DNA of 64,000 nt from an uncultured Gemmatimonadales bacterium (GCA_963828735.1 CAWHFW010000002.1:896001-960000), one strand, 5' to 3'; shown: positions 1 through 9,024, numbered from the stretch's first letter. Notes: generated by a model not told the origin, from the sequence alone. Numbers and translations are program-made.

Positions 1-1
1 G

Positions 2-700
2 ACGCGGCGCGAGGTGGAGGAGTATCGCGAGGTGGCGGCGCTGCTCGCGTTCGGGGGTCCGGGCCCCGCGGGCGCGACCGCACCGACGACCGGTCTGCGC
101 GACCGCGTGCTCGCTCGCGTCGCAGAGCAGAAGAGCCGGCCCATCGGCGGCGCCTCGCGGGCACCGGCCGCACGTCCGTCCTCCGCGGTCTGGGTGGCGC
201 TCGCGGCGAGCCTGCTCCTGGCCGCCGGCCTCGGCGCCGGGCTGCTGTCGGCGCGTGGCCGGCTCGCGGCCGTCGGAGCGGAGCTGGCGGCGCGCGACAC
301 GATGCTCGCCAGCACCGAGCAACGGCTCACCGAGCGCGAGGCCACGCTGAACGCGATCCTCGAGCCCGGCGTCCAGATGTTCCAGCTCACCTCCAGCGGC
401 GATCCCGAGCCGGGGATCCAGCTGTTCTGGAACCGCCAGCGGAACCTCGCCATCGTCCACGGCTTCCGGCTCAAGCCGGTGCCCACCGGAAAGGCCTACC
501 AGCTCTGGTTCATCAAGGACGGCGCGCCGGTGCCGTCGGTCACGTTCAAGCCCGAGCCCGACGGCCACGCCAAGGTCGAGCAGATCCCGGTACCGCAAGG
601 CGGCTCCCTGAGCGCCGCCGCGGTGACCGTGGAGCCCGAGGGTGGCTCGTTGCAGCCGACCTCGCCGATCGTGATGGTGGGGGCGCTCAAGAAGTCTTGA
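2..700 (+). CDS. Anti-sigma factor, RskA-like (5' end outside window)
   Basis: N-terminal EVEEYREVAALLA..LRDRVL, one TM helix, coiled coil, C-terminal YQLWFI..PVP and AAVTVEPEGGSLQPT typical of RskA. Confidence 0.85.
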   Translation, partial: TRREVEEYREVAALLAFGGPGPAGATAPTTGLRDRVLARVAEQKSRPIGGASRAPAARPSSAVWVALAASLLLAAGLGAGLLSARGRLAAVGAELAARDTMLASTEQRLTEREATLNAILEPGVQMFQLTSSGDPEPGIQLFWNRQRNLAIVHGFRLKPVPTGKAYQLWFIKDGAPVPSVTFKPEPDGHAKVEQIPVPQGGSLSAAAVTVEPEGGSLQPTSPIVMVGALKKS

Positions 701-1584
701 TCCAGGCCGCCCCGATGTCGCCCGGCGGTTTCCACAGGTGGACGGCCCGGCGCGCCCCCCGGGTCGGGGTGGCGTGCCTCCTCCTTCTCGTGGCGGCTCC
801 GGGCTGGGCGCAAACCGCCGTCGAGCGTGAGCGCGCCGACTACGTCCGGTGGCTGACCTCCGCTCCGACCTCGCCGTTTGCTACCGTCGCGCAACAGCCG
901 ATCGGGCGCGAGCTGCGGCTCGGACCCGCCAACGCCGACATACCGCTCGATGGCATCGGGGAGCACCGCGTCGTGGCGGGTGCCGGCGGCGTACGCCTCG
1001 AGAGCGCGGCCGGCGGCCGGCCAATGCCACGTGGAGCCCCGGTGCGGGTCGGGAGCTACACCCTCGTCGCCGATGGACCGGCCGGCCGGGAAGTGCTGAC
1101 CGTGTTCGCTTCGCGGCACTCCGCGAAATCGCCTGTCTACTACGACCTGTCGGCCGAGCTCAGGTTCTCGGGACCGCTGCTGCCACCGGAGCAACGCGGG
1201 ACGGTCCGCGTCCTCGGTGTGGACGGCATCGAGGTCGAGGCGGCGGAGGCGGGCAGCGTCCAGGTGCCGTTCGGAGGAACAGTTGTCCGCCTGCGCGTCC
1301 TGAGGATCCCCTCGCCTGGCGGCGAGGAGTCGGAGCTCGAGATCTACTTCCGCGACGCCACCAACGGCCACTCCACCTATCCGGCGGGCCGGTTCGTGTC
1401 CCTCTCGCCCGCAGCCGGTGGCCGATACCGCCTGGACTTCAATCGCGCGCGCAATCCGTTCTGTGCCTACAGCTCAGCGTACCCCTGCCCCGCGCCGTGG
1501 CGCGGCAACACCATTCCGATCGCGATCGACGCCGGCGAGCGCTACCAGGGCGGCGGCCTCTCCTCCCCGGCCGGGGCCCGATGA
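697..1584 (+). CDS. DUF1684 family exported protein
   Basis: FRDATNGHSTYPAGRF and LDFNRARNPFCAYSSAYPCP motifs; signal-peptide-like N-terminus; exact start uncertain. Confidence 0.85.
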   Translation: MIQAAPMSPGGFHRWTARRAPRVGVACLLLLVAAPGWAQTAVERERADYVRWLTSAPTSPFATVAQQPIGRELRLGPANADIPLDGIGEHRVVAGAGGVRLESAAGGRPMPRGAPVRVGSYTLVADGPAGREVLTVFASRHSAKSPVYYDLSAELRFSGPLLPPEQRGTVRVLGVDGIEVEAAEAGSVQVPFGGTVVRLRVLRIPSPGGEESELEIYFRDATNGHSTYPAGRFVSLSPAAGGRYRLDFNRARNPFCAYSSAYPCPAPWRGNTIPIAIDAGERYQGGGLSSPAGAR

Positions 1585-2768
1585 TGCGTCTCGCGGCGGC
1601 GGCCGCGCTGACCATGTGGGCGCTCCTCCCGTCGCCCGCGGGACCCTGGCGCGCCGTACTGGACCTCGAAGGCGCGGTGCTTCCGTTCGCGCTGGAGATC
1701 ACCGGGAGCGGTACCGCCCTCGATGGACGTCTGTGCAACGGACGCCGCTGTCAGCCGCTCTCCCGGGTCACCGTCCGGGGAGACTCTGTCGAGCTGGAGA
1801 TCGCCGACTACGCCGCCACCCTCAGCGGCCGGCTGCACGGAGATTCGCTCACCGGCTCGTACCGGAACGTGGGAAACCGCGGACCGAGGACCATTCCGTT
1901 CCGTGCGGCCCGCGGGCGATGGCCGGCCACGCCGGGCAGCCAGGCGCTGGTCGGGCGGTGGGATGCGACCTTCTTCTCGGATTTCGGTTCCAGCCCCCGC
2001 GTATTCGAGCTCAGGAACGACACCCAGGGACTCGAGGGAACGATGATCTCGAACACGGGCGACTACGGTCACTTCTCCGGCCGGGTCGCGGGCGACAGCT
2101 TCGCGCTCGCCCACTTCGACGGGTCGTTCGTGTACCTCCTCACCGGCATGCTCCACGGCGACACGCTCCGTGGCGTGTTCCACGCCGGCCTCCGCACGCA
2201 GACGCCGTGGATCGCCGTGCGAAGCACCGGGACCCCGCACCTCAAGACGCCGACCGAGATCACCTCGGCCGACACCACGACGCCATTCCGATTCGCCTTT
2301 CCGGACCTGCAGGGTCGGATAGTCACCGAGCGCGACCCGCGATTCCGCGGGAAGGTGGTGCTGGTCGACATCTTCGGCAGCTGGTGCCCCACGTGCCACG
2401 ACGCGGCCCCTGGGCTCGTGCGCTTGTACCGGAAGTATCACACGCGCGGCCTCGAGATCGTTGGGCTGGCCTATGAGGTGACGGGCGATTCGGCGGTGGA
2501 TGGTCGGCAGGTGCGGCGGTACCGAGACAAGTTCGGCATTCCCTTCCCGATCCTGCTGGCGGGGATCAACGACACCGACGCCGCGGCGGCGAGTCTCCCG
2601 CAGCTGCATGGGTTCACGTCGTTCCCGACCACGGTCTTTCTCGGGCGGGACGGCCGCGTGAAGCTGGTCCATGCCGGATTCTACGGGCCGGCCACCGGCA
2701 CCCAACACGAGCGTTTGACGAGGGGTTTCGAGGAGGAGATCGAACGGTTGCTGCGGGCGCCGGGATGA
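1581..2768 (+). CDS. TlpA/ResA-like thiol-disulfide oxidoreductase with N-terminal beta-rich domains
   Basis: ATG at 1581 overlaps the upstream stop; signal peptide; GKVVLVDIFGSWCPTCH and SFPTTVFLGRDG thioredoxin-fold motifs. Confidence 0.85.
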   Translation: MMRLAAAAALTMWALLPSPAGPWRAVLDLEGAVLPFALEITGSGTALDGRLCNGRRCQPLSRVTVRGDSVELEIADYAATLSGRLHGDSLTGSYRNVGNRGPRTIPFRAARGRWPATPGSQALVGRWDATFFSDFGSSPRVFELRNDTQGLEGTMISNTGDYGHFSGRVAGDSFALAHFDGSFVYLLTGMLHGDTLRGVFHAGLRTQTPWIAVRSTGTPHLKTPTEITSADTTTPFRFAFPDLQGRIVTERDPRFRGKVVLVDIFGSWCPTCHDAAPGLVRLYRKYHTRGLEIVGLAYEVTGDSAVDGRQVRRYRDKFGIPFPILLAGINDTDAAAASLPQLHGFTSFPTTVFLGRDGRVKLVHAGFYGPATGTQHERLTRGFEEEIERLLRAPG

Positions 2769-2825
2769 TGCCGGGCCGGCGATGGAAAGAGACCAGACGG
2801 GTGGCCGCCCGGCTCCGACCCGGGA

Positions 2826-3407
2826 CTATTTCGATCGCACCCGCGCCGTCTCGGCCTCGGGGTCCACACGAAGTCCGAGGTACTCGCCGGCGATCGCATG
2901 ACCGGGCACCCCGCAGAGCAGCCAGTACCAACCGCCCTCTTCCGCGGTGAAGGTGGTCCGGTCACCCACGCCAGCCGGCAGCCCGGCGGTCACCATGCGC
3001 GTCATCGCGTTGGTGAATACCGCCCGTCCGCCCTCGGTGGGAAGCTTCTCCCGCTCGGCCATGACCACCAGGCTGTGCGCCGCGGTCGAGTCGGCGTTGC
3101 GCCAGTCCCACTGCACGGTCCAGTTCACCGGCACGACGATCTGGAGCTCGCCATTGCGACGCCCGTTGATCAACGCGGAACCGTCGGTCGCGTGGGTCAC
3201 TTGAAGGGCGACGGTCGCGGTCTTCGAGGCATCATCGCTCACCAGCCACGCGGGCGACGTATCGGCGGCGGTGGGCGCGGGTGCCGTGGAGGCGGCGGGC
3301 TGGGGGGTCGCCTCGGGGTGCTGGGCCGCGGCGCAGTCGGCTGCCAGCGCGATCGCCGCGAGCGGTCCGGCGATGACCCAACCAAGAAGCTGCCATGGAC
3401 GCGCCAT
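2826..3407 (-). CDS. Sulfocyanin-like cupredoxin (blue-copper fold), exported
   Basis: Signal peptide; N..AAHSL first His; GWYWLLCGVPGHAIAGEY type-1 copper loop with Glu at the usual Met position. Confidence 0.75.
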   Translation of the reverse strand: MARPWQLLGWVIAGPLAAIALAADCAAAQHPEATPQPAASTAPAPTAADTSPAWLVSDDASKTATVALQVTHATDGSALINGRRNGELQIVVPVNWTVQWDWRNADSTAAHSLVVMAEREKLPTEGGRAVFTNAMTRMVTAGLPAGVGDRTTFTAEEGGWYWLLCGVPGHAIAGEYLGLRVDPEAETARVRSK

Positions 3408-3482
3408 CAGTCGGTCTGGCCCCCTGTTCCGCTCGTCGGTAGCTTGAGTGGCTCTCCTGCCGCAACTTAATCGAGGAGAATC

Positions 3483-4871
3483 GTGATGGCGGGACTACTC
3501 TCGAGGTCGCGCATCGTCGCCGGACCGGGGTTCAACCGCTGGCTCGTCCCCCCCGCCGCGCTCGCCATCCATCTCAGCATCGGGCAGGCTTACGCCTTCA
3601 GCGTCTTCAAGCTGCCGCTCACCAAGGTCATCGGCATCACGGATTCGGCGCCCGCCGACTGGAAACAGAGCGAACTGGCCTGGATCTTCACCATTGCCAT
3701 CGTCTTCCTGGGACTTTCGGCCGCCGTGTTCGGGCGGTGGCTGGAGCACGCCGGTCCCCGGAAGAGCGGTGTCGTGGCGGCCGTCTGCTGGGGCCTGGGC
3801 TTCTTCATCTCCGCCGTGGGCGTCAAGCTGCACAACATCTGGCTGCTGTATCTGGGGTACGGGGTGCTGGGCGGGTGTGGGCTCGGACTGGGCTACATCA
3901 CGCCGGTCTCGACCTTGATCAAGTGGTTTCCGGATCGCCGGGGGATGGCCACAGGCATGGCGATCATGGGGTTCGGCGGCGGGGCCATGATCGCCAGCCC
4001 GCTGTCGCAGCTGCTTCTCGACCATTACAAGTCGGCGACGTCGGTGGGCGTCGCCGAGACCTTCATGACGCTGGGCCTGATCTACCTGGCGGCCATGTTG
4101 TCAGGCGCCTTCCTCTTCCGGGTGCCGGCGCAGGGTTGGAAGCCGGCCGGCTGGGAGCCGCCGTCAGGGACCGGACAGACGCTGGTCACGCGCCGCCACG
4201 TGCACGTGGACACGGCGATCAAGACCGTCCCCTTTTACTTCCTGTGGGCCGTGCTGTTTCTCAACGTCACGGCCGGCATCGGGATCCTGGAGCAGGCGTC
4301 ACCGATGATCCAGGAGATGTTCAAAGGCGTCGTGAAGGCCAGTGCCGCGGCGGGGTTCGTGGGGGTGCTCAGCCTGTTCAACATGGCCGGCCGGTTCGGC
4401 TGGAGCTCCCTCTCGGACCGGATCGGACGCAAGGCAACCTACGGCATCTTCTTCACGCTCGGCCCGATTCTGTATCTCTGCCTGCCCTACGCCGGACGGA
4501 TCGGCAGCGTGGAGCTGTTCGTGGCCTGCGCGGCGCTGATCCTGACGATGTACGGGGGTGGGTTCGCCACGATTCCCGCTTACCTGTCGGACATCTTCGG
4601 CACGCAGTACGTGGGCGCGATCCACGGGCGGCTGCTCACCGCCTGGTCCGCGGCGGGCGTCGCCGGGCCGGTGCTGGTCAACTACATCCGCGAATACCAG
4701 ATCGAGCGCGGCGTCCCGGCCGCCCAGGCCTACAACGTCACGATGTATCTTATGGCCGGACTGCTGGTCCTGGGGTTCCTGGCCAACCTCGCCGTCCGCC
4801 CGGTGGCCGACCAATACTACATGTCGGAGGAGCAGTTGGCGCAGGAACGGGGGCTGGTTGGCGCCAAGTAA
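3483..4871 (+). CDS. OFA (oxalate/formate antiporter) family MFS transporter
   Basis: FNRWLVPPAALAIHLSIGQAYAFSVF start, KWFPDRRGMATG, MYGGGFATIPAYL..GAIHGRLLTAWS; ~12 TM; GAGGAG RBS. Confidence 0.92.
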   Translation: MMAGLLSRSRIVAGPGFNRWLVPPAALAIHLSIGQAYAFSVFKLPLTKVIGITDSAPADWKQSELAWIFTIAIVFLGLSAAVFGRWLEHAGPRKSGVVAAVCWGLGFFISAVGVKLHNIWLLYLGYGVLGGCGLGLGYITPVSTLIKWFPDRRGMATGMAIMGFGGGAMIASPLSQLLLDHYKSATSVGVAETFMTLGLIYLAAMLSGAFLFRVPAQGWKPAGWEPPSGTGQTLVTRRHVHVDTAIKTVPFYFLWAVLFLNVTAGIGILEQASPMIQEMFKGVVKASAAAGFVGVLSLFNMAGRFGWSSLSDRIGRKATYGIFFTLGPILYLCLPYAGRIGSVELFVACAALILTMYGGGFATIPAYLSDIFGTQYVGAIHGRLLTAWSAAGVAGPVLVNYIREYQIERGVPAAQAYNVTMYLMAGLLVLGFLANLAVRPVADQYYMSEEQLAQERGLVGAK

Positions 4872-4969
4872 GGCCGATTTGCCGATTGCATAAACACCCT
4901 CATGTCCGAATATTAATCCGGCCACGCCGGGTGTCCGGGGGGTCCATTCTAGGGAGGCCGGAGGCGCCG

Positions 4970-5106
4970 TTGAACCGGAATGAGCCAGGAGGGGTGGGGG
5001 GGACCGGCCAGTGGGGCCTGGTGGCCCTTGCGTGGGTTCTGGTTGGAGTTCCGTTGCTTTGGGGGTGTGGAACACCCTGCTCAAGGCGGCGGCACTGTTC
5101 CAGTAG
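4970..5106 (+). CDS. Small membrane protein (MFS-associated small subunit), apparently broken by a 1-nt deletion in a G run
   Basis: GGAGG RBS at 4960; TTG start; reads MNRNEPGGVGGTGQWGLVALAWVLVGVPLLWG, then VWNTLLKAAALFQ* if one G is added at 5061-5065. Confidence 0.7.
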
Positions 5107-5216
5107 CCACACCGACGCAAAACGTTACACCATACCTCGAGCGCAAGCCTTTGCACTGAATAGGCTTGCAGGCGCGGAGTGCGTGGGAAACCGCGTAGTG
5201 TCGGGAATCTGGGGTC

Positions 5217-5244
5217 TTGACGGCCGAACCATGCATCGCAGATT
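5217..5244 (+). promoter_or_regulatory. Putative sigma70 promoter for the PQQ dehydrogenase
   Basis: TTGACG-N16-CAGATT. Confidence 0.35.
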
Positions 5245-5532
5245 GTAACCGGCTCAACACTTACCGCCCCCATTCGACGACGCCCGCTAGGGCGACTGCC
5301 CCACGGCACGGATGCCACTCCGCAACGTTGTCTTTTCCCAGGTCGCGGCGGATCGAGCGCCCGGTGGGGACGACAATCCAGTGCCGCGCTCGAATCGTCG
5401 AGGGGTGCGTCCGCGGCGGATGGTCCGCCGGACACGAGGAAAATCGGATCGAAGGGGCTCTCTCTTCGATCCTTCACGGACCGGCTGTGGTCCGTCTCCG
5501 CACCGAAGGTTCAGCTCAAAGGGAGAGTGTCC

Positions 5533-7194
5533 ATGCGCATGAGCACGCGTTGGCTTGTGGTCCCGGTGCTCCTCGCTGCTGCCGGTCCGATAGCGGCTCA
5601 AAGCGGCGATTGGACAACGTACGGCGGCAACGACTGGAACCAGCGCTACTCCCCGCTCAAATCGATCACCACCTCGAACGTCGGCCAGATGGTGCCCCGG
5701 ATGATGTTCCAGACGGGCATCTCGAAGCTCGGCTCGTTCGAGAATACGCCGATCGTGACGAACGGGATGATGTACGTGACAACGCCCTATAACACCGCGA
5801 TCGCGTACGACCTCAGGACCAAGAAGGAAGTCTGGCGGTACGAGCACAAGCTGGGCACCACGATCTTCTGCTGCGGTCCGAACAATCGTGGCTTCGCCAT
5901 TCACGGCGGCGCGCACCTCTACATGGGCACCCTGGACGCCCACCTGATCGCGTTCGACGCCAAGGACGGGAAGGTCCTGTGGGACAAGCAGGTCGCCGAT
6001 CCCGCGTTCGGGTACAGCATCACTCACGCCCCGCTCATCATCGGTGACAACGTGATCGTCGGCGTGTCCGGCGGCGAGTACGGCATCCGCGGGTTCGTGC
6101 AGGCCTTCAACGCCATGACGGGCGCCCCGGTTTGGAAGTGGTACTCGATTCCCGCGCCCAAGGGCGATTCGACGTTCGACGACAAGGCGCCCAACGGCTG
6201 GTGGGGCAGCTGGCCGAAAAGCACTCTCGACGGCGCCGACCTCCATCGCGACGTCGCGAAGGAGAAGGCGGACAGCGCGAAGAACGCCGACGCGTGGACC
6301 CGCGGCGGCGGCGGCGTGTGGATGACCCCGGCGTACGATCAGGAGAGCAACACGATCTTCCTCGCCGTCGGCAACCCCTCGCCGGACCTCGACGGCAGCC
6401 TTCGGCCGGGCGACAACCTGTACACCGACTGCGTCGTGGCCATCGATGCCACCTCGGGCAAGACGAAGTGGTATTACCAGACCGTGCCCCACGACGTGTG
6501 GGACCTCGACGCGGTGTCGCCGCCGGTGGTGGCCACTGTGGATGGGCAGAAGGTCGTGGTCCATGCGGGCAAGACGGGCTGGGTGTACATCCTCGACGCC
6601 GCGAGCGGCAAGCTGGTCCGCAAGAGCGACAACTTCGTTCCGCAGGAGAACATGTTCGCGCTGCCGACCCCGGAAGGCACCCGGATGCTTCCCGGCGCCA
6701 ACGGCGGCGCGGAGTGGTCTCCGATCGCAGTCGATCCGACGCTCAACTATGCCTTCGTGGCGGCGCTGCATCAGCCGATGAACTACAAAGTGCACAGCGC
6801 CCCCTACGAGAAGGGCCGTCTCTGGCTCGGCTCCGCCTTCGTGGCGATTCCGGGCGAGGAGCAGTACGGCCTCTTCTCGGCGGTCGATCTCAAGACCGGC
6901 AGGGTCGCGTGGCAGAACAAGGTGCCGCAGCCGATGATGGGCGGCTCACTCTCCACAGCCGGCGGGCTCACGTTCACCGGCGAAGGCAACGGCAACTTCA
7001 ACGCCTACAATTCGAAGACCGGCAAGCTGCTGTGGCAGTTCAATGCCGGCGCCGGCTGCAATTCCGCCCCGATGTCGTTCACGCTGGATAGTGAGCAGTT
7101 CATCGCGGTGGCATGCGGCGGCAACTTCCAGCTCAGCTTCCCGCTCGGGAACTCGATCATGGTCTTCGGCCTTCCGGCCAAGGCCAAGAAGTAG
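5533..7194 (+). CDS. PQQ-dependent dehydrogenase, methanol/ethanol family (8-blade beta propeller), possibly lanthanide-dependent
   Basis: Signal peptide; DWTTYGG..QRYSPL; vicinal CC (IFCCGPNNRG); GGEYG, GNPSP, HDVWDLDAVSP; Trp-docking repeats; no cytochrome c domain; GGGAGA RBS. Confidence 0.93.
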   Translation: MRMSTRWLVVPVLLAAAGPIAAQSGDWTTYGGNDWNQRYSPLKSITTSNVGQMVPRMMFQTGISKLGSFENTPIVTNGMMYVTTPYNTAIAYDLRTKKEVWRYEHKLGTTIFCCGPNNRGFAIHGGAHLYMGTLDAHLIAFDAKDGKVLWDKQVADPAFGYSITHAPLIIGDNVIVGVSGGEYGIRGFVQAFNAMTGAPVWKWYSIPAPKGDSTFDDKAPNGWWGSWPKSTLDGADLHRDVAKEKADSAKNADAWTRGGGGVWMTPAYDQESNTIFLAVGNPSPDLDGSLRPGDNLYTDCVVAIDATSGKTKWYYQTVPHDVWDLDAVSPPVVATVDGQKVVVHAGKTGWVYILDAASGKLVRKSDNFVPQENMFALPTPEGTRMLPGANGGAEWSPIAVDPTLNYAFVAALHQPMNYKVHSAPYEKGRLWLGSAFVAIPGEEQYGLFSAVDLKTGRVAWQNKVPQPMMGGSLSTAGGLTFTGEGNGNFNAYNSKTGKLLWQFNAGAGCNSAPMSFTLDSEQFIAVACGGNFQLSFPLGNSIMVFGLPAKAKK

Positions 7195-7204
7195 CAGCCA
7201 GTGA

Positions 7205-7245
7205 CGGCCGGCAGGGGCCCTGCTTCAGGGCCCCTCTGCCGGCCG
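7205..7245 (+). terminator. GC-rich hairpin after the PQQ dehydrogenase (terminator or stabiliser)
   Basis: CGGCCGGCAGGGGCCCTG-CTT-CAGGGCCCCTCTGCCGGCCG; weak U tract. Confidence 0.5.
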
Positions 7246-7263
7246 ATTCCTTTGGGGCGGATC

Positions 7264-7659
7264 GTGGCGAGTCGGTGGTGGTGGGCGGCTTTCGTGGCCG
7301 GAGGGTTTCTCGCGGGCCGCGCGAGCGCCGGAGGTCCGGACCGCCACTGGAGCGTGCAGGACGGCGAGGACTGGCGAGCCTTGGGCCCCGAGGCTCGGAT
7401 GGCGTACGCGGACGGGTTCCTCGCCGGCGCGGGCCTGGGTCAGGCCGGCTCCACTGCGGCGGATTCCGCGAGCCTGCGGGACGCGATGACGGCGCTCTAC
7501 CGGAACGGACGGTTCCGGTTTCCTTACGGAGCGAACGTGTACGTCGCGCGCGTCAACGACTACTACTGGTGGGAGAATCACCGTCCGCTCCCCATCTGGT
7601 ACGGCTTCTGGGAGGTGAACGCATCGCTCACTGGTCCGACGACTGATTCCGCGCGCTAG
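7264..7659 (+). CDS. Hypothetical exported protein
   Basis: Hydrophobic N-terminus, then DGEDWRAL..RMAYADGFLAG and VNDYYWW; start placed after the hairpin (ORF track gives 7201). Confidence 0.6.
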   Translation: MASRWWWAAFVAGGFLAGRASAGGPDRHWSVQDGEDWRALGPEARMAYADGFLAGAGLGQAGSTAADSASLRDAMTALYRNGRFRFPYGANVYVARVNDYYWWENHRPLPIWYGFWEVNASLTGPTTDSAR

Positions 7660-7744
7660 CCGCGGTCCCGATTTGCTGGTGCAGGCACGTCCCGAAGGTT
7701 GGCTGTCGTTGGCGGTCAATTCTTACACTGAGGGAGAAGCACCT

Positions 7745-8956
7745 ATGAAGAAAGTCGCTCTGTTGTGCTTGGGTCTGGCGCTCGGCGCGGCCAATGCCGC
7801 GGAAGCCCAGCTCACGATGCAGATGAGCAACGGCTGGAGCTTCACGTTTGCCGGTAACGTGAATGCGTTCTACATCTACCAGCAAGGCAAGTCGTGCGTG
7901 GGGGGAACCTGCGCGACGACTTCCAAGGACCTGAGCGTGGGCACCGGCCTGCTCCCGGCCTTCGCGGTGTTCGATGCGAAGGGCAAGGAGGAGAACGTAG
8001 ATCTCGGCGTGCACTTCGGCTTCGCGCCGCAGGTCGAGACGGGTGGGCACAACGCCAGCTACTTCGGCACTGACGCGGCCGGCGCCCAGATCGACATGCG
8101 CCAGGTCTACCTGACCGCGGGCGGCACCTGGGGCCAACTCTTGATGGGTAAGGAGCTCGGCCTGTACCAGCGTGGCAACATCCTCAACGACATGACGCTG
8201 CTCGGTGTCGGCGTGGGTGGTGGCGGCCGCGGCACGGCGCTCGGGCGTATCGGCTACGGCTACCTGTACACCGACTTCCGTCCGCAGCTGACGTACTCGA
8301 CGCCCGCCGGCCGGCCGCTGTCCATCGCCATCGGTCTCTTCGAGGGACTGCGTGACGGGCCGTACACCACGATCGAGCTGCCGCGCCTTGAGGGCGAATT
8401 GAGCTACAACGGGAAGCTGGGCGAGAGAAACACCCTCAAGCTCTTCCTCAGCGGCGCCGCGCAGACGGCCAAGACCGGCGCCACCGGCACCACCGAAAGC
8501 CTCAGCTCCACCGGCGTCGCCGGTGGTGCGTCGATCGACATCGCGGGGTTCGTGGTCCACGGCTCGGGCTTCTGGGCCAAGGGCATGGGCTCACTGCTCC
8601 AGGGCGACGGCGTCGTGGGTGGCGCCAACTTCGACAACGGCGGCGTTGACGTCGCCGGCGACGGCCGGGAGTCGTTCGGCTACATCGCGCAGGCGGTGTT
8701 CAGCCCGAAGGAAGGCAAGTTCTCGATCGGCGCCAGCTATGGTGAGAACCTCCTGAAGCGTACCGACGCCGACAAGGCCGCCGACGGCACCACCGAGGAT
8801 ATCCTCAAGCGGCGGGCGGCGGTTGGCCAGCTCACCTGGAAGTGGACCAAGTCGCTCCGTTGGGTGGCCGAGTATGCACACATCGAAGGCATTGCCGACG
8901 GTGTGAAGGCCTCCTCGGGCGACCAGGGCTCCCTGGGCATGATGCTGTTCTTCTAA
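7745..8956 (+). CDS. Gram-negative porin
   Basis: GAGGGAG RBS; MKKVALLCLGLALGAANAAEA signal peptide; amphipathic beta strands, MRQVYLT..WGQLLMGKELGLY; C-terminal Phe. Confidence 0.88.
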   Translation: MKKVALLCLGLALGAANAAEAQLTMQMSNGWSFTFAGNVNAFYIYQQGKSCVGGTCATTSKDLSVGTGLLPAFAVFDAKGKEENVDLGVHFGFAPQVETGGHNASYFGTDAAGAQIDMRQVYLTAGGTWGQLLMGKELGLYQRGNILNDMTLLGVGVGGGGRGTALGRIGYGYLYTDFRPQLTYSTPAGRPLSIAIGLFEGLRDGPYTTIELPRLEGELSYNGKLGERNTLKLFLSGAAQTAKTGATGTTESLSSTGVAGGASIDIAGFVVHGSGFWAKGMGSLLQGDGVVGGANFDNGGVDVAGDGRESFGYIAQAVFSPKEGKFSIGASYGENLLKRTDADKAADGTTEDILKRRAAVGQLTWKWTKSLRWVAEYAHIEGIADGVKASSGDQGSLGMMLFF

Positions 8957-8989
8957 GCCTCGAGTAAGCTCCAGCGTCACGCAGGACAG

Positions 8990-9024
8990 GCGGCCGTTCC
9001 GAAAGGGGCGGCCGCTCTTTCTTT
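8990..9024 (+). terminator. Rho-independent terminator
   Basis: GCGGCCGTTCC-GAAA-GGGGCGGCCGC followed by TCTTTCTTT. Confidence 0.85.

Noticed and set aside
2384..2400. CPTCH as a heme c binding motif
   Set aside because: It lies in the WCxxC active site of a thioredoxin fold
5312..5542. 76-aa ORF in the PQQ dehydrogenase leader as PqqA or a leader peptide
   Set aside because: No ExxxY motif, no RBS, Arg/Pro-rich shadow composition
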